A program made the position numbers and the translations under genes. Shown piece after piece: positions 57,922 to 64,000 of a stretch of DNA of 64,000 nucleotides. The notes below the pieces were generated by a model. It searched no databases, was not told where the DNA came from, and worked only from the letters and a program-made list of their open reading frames with translations. The stretch lies in the IMG/VR virus record IMGVR_UViG_3300007352_000398; one strand, given 5' to 3'. Source of the stretch: a virus. The first letter of the stretch is position 1. Each line of letters begins with the position of its first letter.

Positions 57922-58955
57922 AAAGATAAAATATTCCTCCAACGATCCAATTTTTTTTCAAGCATGCAATGAGCTTTAACATAGGTAAGTGCATTAGAAA
58001 CTACTCGCAATCTTAATTTTTCATTATCAATAAGTTTTGAGATAGCATCCACCCACGATTTTGTGTTTGTGGCGTGCATCCCATCAAACTCGTGATCTAT
58101 ATTTGTATAAGGTCCAAAATTGGAAGAAACAAAAGCGGCTTCCATTAGAGTCATTTGCAAATATTTAAGATTTGATTTAGCAGCATTAAAAGCGTTAGTT
58201 TTTAGTGGTCCAAGTGCTATGTCTGGATTAATTGCTTGGATAACATTCAGATATTCACCAAATGATACTGCCGAATGCTCTACTATTGGCAAATCAGGGA
58301 AAATTTCTTTGAAAGACAAGGGGCCCTGGAAATGAAATTCAACCTTTTCTTTATATTTTTGATTTATTTGACGCAAAGGTTCTTGTAATAACTCTAAATC
58401 CGGTAAGTGACTCGCACTTCCGGACCACAGTATTTTAGTAATTTGATTAATTTCTTTAGGATAATCTCGCATCATTTCTGCCGAAACACAATTCGGTATG
58501 ACAACTATTTGTTTAGCGAAAGGTGCATACAAATGCTTTAATGCATCTGTAGTTACTACTACTAAATCTGCGAGTTGAATAAACAGTTTGACATAAACTG
58601 CTCGCAATTGGGGTGAAAATTGATATCGTTCTCCGGTTTGTTTATCTATAACTTCGGTTTGTTCAGGAGAGTCAACTGGTATATTGATATAGTCATCATC
58701 AAAATCAACAATTAAATACTTACCTTGTTGTTTTTGTGAATGATAGAACTTAAACGCATCCGGAGTATATAAGCATTGTGTATAAATTACCTCAGCCCAC
58801 TCGTACTGTGCGAGCTGCTCTTCAGGCTTACCAAGAAATTGAACCGGATGACCCTCCTCTCTAAGAGCATGGAGTGGCTGAATAACGCGATGATATGAGG
58901 TGGCACTATCATCAATTGGAATTCCTAATACTTTTCGTGGTGTCTTTATAAGCAT
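57918..58955 (-). CDS. GT-B glycosyltransferase
   Basis: YHRVIQPL, VDFDDD, VIPNC, ILWSGSASH..DL and FNAAKSNLKYLQ. Confidence 0.85.
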   Translation of the reverse strand: MLIKTPRKVLGIPIDDSATSYHRVIQPLHALREEGHPVQFLGKPEEQLAQYEWAEVIYTQCLYTPDAFKFYHSQKQQGKYLIVDFDDDYINIPVDSPEQTEVIDKQTGERYQFSPQLRAVYVKLFIQLADLVVVTTDALKHLYAPFAKQIVVIPNCVSAEMMRDYPKEINQITKILWSGSASHLPDLELLQEPLRQINQKYKEKVEFHFQGPLSFKEIFPDLPIVEHSAVSFGEYLNVIQAINPDIALGPLKTNAFNAAKSNLKYLQMTLMEAAFVSSNFGPYTNIDHEFDGMHATNTKSWVDAISKLIDNEKLRLRVVSNALTYVKAHCMLEKKLDRWRNILSF

Positions 58956-58993
58956 AGAGTTATGTTAATATGTAATCTAATACAATTCAAATT

Positions 58994-59230
58994 ATGAATC
59001 TTATTAATTTGTTTACGGAACATCCGAGATCAGTAAAAATGACTTATCTAAATCACTGCGTGTGCGCGCTAAAAATTGGCTCGAAACTCCTGCTGGCCGG
59101 AGCGGGTGTCATAGTTCATAGTTTTTTCCCATTTTTGTGTTGTGAAACTGCGAGTAAAACTGTAAAAGAGTTATACTACGAATTCCAATGCCGAGAACCT
59201 TCTACACAAAAAATGGAAAAGAAATCCTAG
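58994..59230 (+). CDS. Small conserved membrane protein (DUF6356-like)
   Basis: FTEHP.SV.MTY.NH...A...VHSFFPFL..TAS pattern. Confidence 0.65.
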   Translation: MNLINLFTEHPRSVKMTYLNHCVCALKIGSKLLLAGAGVIVHSFFPFLCCETASKTVKELYYEFQCREPSTQKMEKKS

Positions 59231-59580
59231 TAGGGAAAAACGCAAAAGAAAATAATTACTTATCTTTAACTTTTGCAGAAGACTATGATCTCTTTTTTCA
59301 TGTTGCAGATTTTCCAGGGTCTCATGTCATTTTAAGAATGACATCGTTTGACGTTGCAACTATCGATGATATCGCTGACGCGGCTTACTTAGCTTTTTAC
59401 TACTCTCAAGCTAAGAATCGAAAAAAAGTAAAAGTAGATTACACACCAATCAAATATGTTTCTCGCCCAAAAAAAGCCGAACCAGGCTTAGTTGAATTAG
59501 AAAAATTCAAATCTGTCACAGTATTAAAAAACGAAGATGTAGAGAGACGTTTGCTAAAATCAACTAATGAGGTTGACTAA
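59188..59580 (+). CDS. Stand-alone NFACT-R (DUF814, RqcH/FbpA C-terminal) RNA-binding domain
   Basis: ILVGKNAKENNYL, DLFFHVADFPGSHVIL, AAYLAFYYS and VDYTPIKYVSRPKKA.PGLV. Confidence 0.88.
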   Translation: MPRTFYTKNGKEILVGKNAKENNYLSLTFAEDYDLFFHVADFPGSHVILRMTSFDVATIDDIADAAYLAFYYSQAKNRKKVKVDYTPIKYVSRPKKAEPGLVELEKFKSVTVLKNEDVERRLLKSTNEVD

Positions 59581-59878
59581 ACAAATTGGCTTATTACTTG
59601 CACTTATAGGGTCAATTTGGTCATTAAAAAAATGTCCAAAATGCCAAGAACATAGCATCACTTTAGCGAAAACTGGAGTTGCAGGCTATGCATCGCTTTT
59701 AAGTGCGGACATTACAAATAAAAATCAACAATTAGAAGCATATATTAATAATGGTATTAAGATAAGTAGTGTGATGCATATCTCACTACTAACTTATATG
59801 TTATGCCATAAGTACATATGTATACCGTGTGTTGTTACAGCTCTAGGTTCTTTTATAGCATTTGCAGCTATTCAATAG
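59567..59878 (+). CDS. Small membrane protein
   Basis: Hydrophobic N- and C-terminal segments with CxxC. Confidence 0.45.
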   Translation: MRLTKQIGLLLALIGSIWSLKKCPKCQEHSITLAKTGVAGYASLLSADITNKNQQLEAYINNGIKISSVMHISLLTYMLCHKYICIPCVVTALGSFIAFAAIQ

Positions 59879-61721
59879 TTGGCTCGACAGGCGGGGGTTC
59901 CCCACTTTGCTCAGCATTTTGTCCTGCCTTACTATACAACTCCTGAGCAATTTGATGTTGTAAAGTCATCACAGATGCTAATGCAGTCTCAATTGTCGAA
60001 AGATCATTTGAATTTTTAGCTTCTCGTAGTTTCTCAAGTTGCTGCTTGACCTCTTCATCGCGCCCAACTAGCTGTTCAGGATGCTCTTTAATCTGTCGCT
60101 CTAAGGCATCTATCAATTGATCGGCGCGGTTCTTAGCCTCAATTAGAGCTACACGTTTATTATCTTCTTCAGCATATCGCTCAGCCTCTTGCTTCATCTT
60201 TTCAATTTCATCTTTGGTAAAACCAGTATTTGCCTGAATAGTTATGTTCTTAACTTTTCCTGTTCCAAGATCCTTAGCAGCAACGTTTAATATACCGTTG
60301 GGGTCAATATCAAAAGAAACTTCTATTTTGGGCACGCCACGGCTAGCAGGTGGGATTCCATCCAATCTAAAATCACCAAGCCACCTATTATCAGCCGCTA
60401 TCCGTCTTTCTCCTTGGAAAACTTTAACATCAACAGCGGTTTGATTATTTTCAAACGTAGTAAATACCTCTTTTTTGCCTGTTGGAATTGTAGTGTTTCG
60501 TGGAATCATAACTGTCATCACCCCACCGGCCGTTTCGACCCCCAATGAAAGTGGCGTCACATCTAACAGCAGAATGTCCGTTTTTTCTCCTGCTAAAACA
60601 GCTCCTTGAACTGCTGCGCCTGCGGCCACGACTTCATCAGGGTTAACTGACTTATTAAGCTCTTTGCCGTTAAAAAGTTCTTTCAACATTTCCTGTACAA
60701 GCGGAATACGTGTTGATCCACCAACTAAAACAACTTCATCAATTTGATTAGTCTCCAGTTTTGCATCACGTAAAGCTTGCACAACAGGAGATTTTGTACG
60801 CTCAATAAGGTGTTTTACCAGAGCTTCAAACTTTGCGCGAGTTAACTCAATATCCAAGTGTAGTGGATTGTTGTCTTTTTGACAAATAAATGGAAGTGTA
60901 ACCCTAGTAGCCTTCGAAGATGAAAGTTCGCACTTTGCCTTTTCAGCTGCTTCTTTCAAGCGTTGAAGTGCAAGCTTGTCCTTGCGTAAATCAACAGAAT
61001 TTACATTCTTAAATTCTTCAGCGATGAAATTTATCAAAACCTGGTCAAAATCGTCCCCTCCCAAATGAGTGTCGCCGTTTGTTGATTTAACTTCGATAAC
61101 ACCATCACCCACTTCCAATACAGACACGTCAAACGTGCCACCTCCAAGGTCGTAAACAAGTATCTTCTGCTCTAGATTCTTATCTAGACCATATGCTAAT
61201 GCTGCTGCTGTTGGCTCATTAATGATTCTTCTGACTTTGAGTCCAGCAATTTCACCAGCATCTTTAGTCGCCTGCCGCTGAGCATCATTAAAATAGGCGG
61301 GAACCGTAATCACAGCATCAGTCACAGTCTCTCCGAGATACTCTTCAGCGTAACTCTTTAAATAAGAAAGTATCATCGCTGAAATTTGTGGAGGACTAAA
61401 TTCTGTTCCTCGAATGTTAACCTTTACGGGATCATCACCTTGGCCAGTGACTTTATAAGGGACAATTTGTTCCTCAGCCGCAACTTCATTCTTTCTACGG
61501 CCCATAAACCGCTTGATTGAGTAAACAGTGTTTTCAGGATTAGTAATTGCTTGATTTTTAGCGCGCTGACCTACAACACGCTCACCATCGTTTAAAAATC
61601 CCACTACCGATGGTGTAATCCGCGCGCCCGAAGGATTCGCAATAATTTTAACTTCAGACCCCTCCATTACAGCGACTACAGAGTTGGTCGTCCCTAGATC
61701 GATTCCAATGATTTTGCTCAT
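59868..61721 (-). CDS. dnaK: Hsp70/DnaK chaperone, canonical
   Basis: [54 protein letters not shown] and NPDEVVA. Confidence 0.97.
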   Translation of the reverse strand: MSKIIGIDLGTTNSVVAVMEGSEVKIIANPSGARITPSVVGFLNDGERVVGQRAKNQAITNPENTVYSIKRFMGRRKNEVAAEEQIVPYKVTGQGDDPVKVNIRGTEFSPPQISAMILSYLKSYAEEYLGETVTDAVITVPAYFNDAQRQATKDAGEIAGLKVRRIINEPTAAALAYGLDKNLEQKILVYDLGGGTFDVSVLEVGDGVIEVKSTNGDTHLGGDDFDQVLINFIAEEFKNVNSVDLRKDKLALQRLKEAAEKAKCELSSSKATRVTLPFICQKDNNPLHLDIELTRAKFEALVKHLIERTKSPVVQALRDAKLETNQIDEVVLVGGSTRIPLVQEMLKELFNGKELNKSVNPDEVVAAGAAVQGAVLAGEKTDILLLDVTPLSLGVETAGGVMTVMIPRNTTIPTGKKEVFTTFENNQTAVDVKVFQGERRIAADNRWLGDFRLDGIPPASRGVPKIEVSFDIDPNGILNVAAKDLGTGKVKNITIQANTGFTKDEIEKMKQEAERYAEEDNKRVALIEAKNRADQLIDALERQIKEHPEQLVGRDEEVKQQLEKLREAKNSNDLSTIETALASVMTLQHQIAQELYSKAGQNAEQSGEPPPVEPTIE

Positions 61722-61779
61722 TACACTACCTTTATGGTAAGTGTAGCGTTTTTATCCAAAGAGACAAGAGTTAAACTAT

Positions 61780-62073
61780 TTACATGCTTCTAAGCATCAA
61801 TAAAACAATTAGGGCAGCAATTGCACCTAATATTATTGGTTTTTGCATTTCTTTTGCAGTCACCGGGGCAGGAACTGGTTTCGCTGGAGTCTCCATTTGC
61901 TGAGCAGCCTTTTCAACTGCAACATCGACTGTATTAAGTAACTGTTCTTGTGAGTTTCCTAATCCTCGTCCGCGGTAACGCATAAGAGCCATCCTTTGTA
62001 ATTCTTTCGGAAGAAATTGAATTGCTTCCAAACTGTCCTTAGATTGATCTTTTTGATGTTCGTAACCAGCCAT
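61780..62073 (-). CDS. Tail-anchored protein (start revised to ATG 62073)
   Basis: AAGGAG SD; RGRGLGN; C-terminal TM. Confidence 0.7.
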   Translation of the reverse strand: MAGYEHQKDQSKDSLEAIQFLPKELQRMALMRYRGRGLGNSQEQLLNTVDVAVEKAAQQMETPAKPVPAPVTAKEMQKPIILGAIAALIVLLMLRSM

Positions 62074-62084
62074 CTTAATTCTCC

Positions 62085-63878
62085 TTAGAAGATGTACCCA
62101 ATCACGTCCACTGAACACAACATTGTTGTTCCAGTTCCTGCACTATCTATTCCAAGCAACAACGTTTCTGCGCCGGTTCCTACGACAGCTTTAGCTGTAG
62201 AGCTGAATGTCCATAGATCATCCACCGCCGTTACACCGATCAATGCAACAGGGAAGAAAACGTTATCAGCACCCGCGGCGTTGAAACCAACGCCTGCGGT
62301 TGGTGCTCCTGTTATTGCGCTTGCTGCTGTTAGTCTCACTACAACGCTGTGAATCACTACGGACCCAGAGCTTTGGTTGTAGATGACTATTTCAGTTGTA
62401 CCGAGGAAGTTGATATTATTCGTTGTCGCCAAACGACTTAGAGCAACGTTTACACCGATACCCGTGATACCTTGAAGACCGGTGTTTCCTTGAATACCAG
62501 TTAATCCTTGGAATCCAGTGACACCTTGGATACCTGTGGCACCAACACCCGTGATTCCCAGAATACCAGTTAACCCTTGAATACCAGTGCTTCCTATTAA
62601 ACCAGTTACTCCTTGAATACCAGTCTGTCCTTCAATACCAGTTTGACCTAAAATACCAGTCTGTCCTTGCAATCCCGTCGTCCCGACGGTTCCGGTCAAT
62701 CCTTGAATACCAGTCTGTCCTTGGATACCAATAACACCAGTCTGACCTTGTACACCGGTTATACCGGCGGTTCCTGTTAGTCCTTGAATACCAGTTTGGC
62801 CTTGTAATCCGGTAATTCCTTGTGTGCCAGTTCCAGTCGCTCCTTGGACGCCAGTTGGGCCCATTAATCCGGTCACACCTAATCCTTGAATACCAGTACT
62901 GCCTTGAGTACCTTGAACGCCGGTTGCACCGATTAAGCCCGTTGCACCCATACCTTCAATACCAGTAGTTCCTTGTATACCGATGACTCCAGTAGACCCG
63001 ATTAATCCTGTGTTACCTTGTGGACCAACTCCAGTATTACCTTGAATACCAGTCCCACCAATCAGCCCAGTAGGCCCTGTCATACCAGTTGAGCCTAAAG
63101 CCAATCCAGTTAGCCCCTGGATACCTGTTAACCCTTGAATACCCGTGTGCCCAAAAAGTCCTGTAGCACCTTGCGCGCCGCCACCTGTCCCAGACCCTAA
63201 GGGGAACTCGCCCGCTATAAAGATGGTTCCGACAGAACCTACAACTTGAACTCGTCCAATAAGTACTTCGTTTGTGCCAGGCGTAGTTGCGAACTGTCCA
63301 GCAGTGTCACTCAAAAATAGTAATTGGTTTACCGTAGTCCCGGTAGTATCTGCCCCCTGAAATGCTCCTTGGCAAAGGGCGACGCCCGAACTGTTATTTG
63401 CAATATCTTGAAGTAATACACCAAAAAAGAATGCTGTAGCAGAGGCTGCGGCACTTGCTGCGGCTACAGAAGGTAACTGTTGGGTGGTATTGAATCCAGT
63501 GCTATAAACTAAACTACCCTTGGTAAGAGTAGATCCTGTGGCGTTATAGACCTTCTCGGACACAACGTCATCAAAAAAGGCTGTCGAAAGTTCTAAACTG
63601 TTATTTAATTGTTCGTCGCTCTCGAAATAAACTGTAATACCTAATCCGCCATTATATGCTTGAAGGCCAGTATTGAGGGGCACCAACCTAATAAAACTTA
63701 ATGTGCCACTACTATCAGCGAAATTGCCAACAGCAGCCACGTTAGAAACTTCTGACCCCAGTAATCCAAGATTAGTTACAGCAGCTTTAACACGCTTAGA
63801 ATTGCTATCAGCTAAAGCTAAAACAATATATGCATTGTTTACGACTACTTTATCGCCGACAATAAAATTAATAGTCAT
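62085..63878 (-). CDS. Collagen-like fibre/spike protein
   Basis: Central G-X-T-G-X-Q triplet run flanked by beta-rich N-terminal (GVLLQDIANNSSG...) and C-terminal domains; GAGG SD and TATAAT. Confidence 0.85.
   Translation of the reverse strand: MTINFIVGDKVVVNNAYIVLALADSNSKRVKAAVTNLGLLGSEVSNVAAVGNFADSSGTLSFIRLVPLNTGLQAYNGGLGITVYFESDEQLNNSLELSTAFFDDVVSEKVYNATGSTLTKGSLVYSTGFNTTQQLPSVAAASAAASATAFFFGVLLQDIANNSSGVALCQGAFQGADTTGTTVNQLLFLSDTAGQFATTPGTNEVLIGRVQVVGSVGTIFIAGEFPLGSGTGGGAQGATGLFGHTGIQGLTGIQGLTGLALGSTGMTGPTGLIGGTGIQGNTGVGPQGNTGLIGSTGVIGIQGTTGIEGMGATGLIGATGVQGTQGSTGIQGLGVTGLMGPTGVQGATGTGTQGITGLQGQTGIQGLTGTAGITGVQGQTGVIGIQGQTGIQGLTGTVGTTGLQGQTGILGQTGIEGQTGIQGVTGLIGSTGIQGLTGILGITGVGATGIQGVTGFQGLTGIQGNTGLQGITGIGVNVALSRLATTNNINFLGTTEIVIYNQSSGSVVIHSVVVRLTAASAITGAPTAGVGFNAAGADNVFFPVALIGVTAVDDLWTFSSTAKAVVGTGAETLLLGIDSAGTGTTMLCSVDVIGYIF
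62456..63175 (-). repeat. Collagen Gly-X-Y repeat (~80 triplets)
   Basis: Recurrent ccttgaataccagt; GIQGLTG/GQTG units. Confidence 0.9.
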
Positions 63879-64000
63879 TATAGACCTCGAATGTATTATA
63901 GAAAATTCCTCCTAAAAGTAGTAATTATTTTAAATTGACGTAATATATACGTGTGCCTAAGAATCTGTTTATTAAGCGTTGGTTCTTGCAAGGTATTGTC

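Overview
This gene-dense, AT-rich 64 kb window has no ribosomal or core cellular genes and reads best as part of a large bacterial dsDNA virus. It uses sigma70-type promoters and the standard code, and carries bacterial-type tRNA-fMet/Ala/Pro without encoded CCA, NAD-dependent ligase, DnaX and two DnaK. No terminase, portal, HK97 capsid or tail gene is recognisable. Instead the window holds about 27 small proteins with a C-terminal transmembrane anchor and no signal peptide, three beta-rich proteins that look like single-jelly-roll capsid/penton subunits (51.5-54.6 kb), a collagen-like fibre, two protamine-like proteins and a polyamine module (SpeE-SpeD). I infer a large tailless virus with an internal membrane; this needs structural confirmation. 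About 20 putative structural proteins share an (F/L/Y)-G-(Q/E/D/K/S) motif that may be a maturation or sorting signal, and the viral spermidine synthase carries this motif plus a membrane anchor. A separate module (8.9-16.4 kb) has a 1035-aa protein made of 16 tandem HTH-type domains with hypervariable recognition helices, a methyltransferase-like/SF2 helicase/HTH fusion and a second multi-HTH protein. Accessory content includes a glycan-modification cluster, three HNH endonuclease genes (one fused in frame to a PhyH dioxygenase), Fe/Mn SOD, a stand-alone NFACT-R domain and a hairpin RNA inside the tRNA operon. At least 20 genes have a -10 hexamer 5-7 nt before the start codon, pointing to leaderless mRNAs. 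All family calls come from visual motif recognition; no searches were run.
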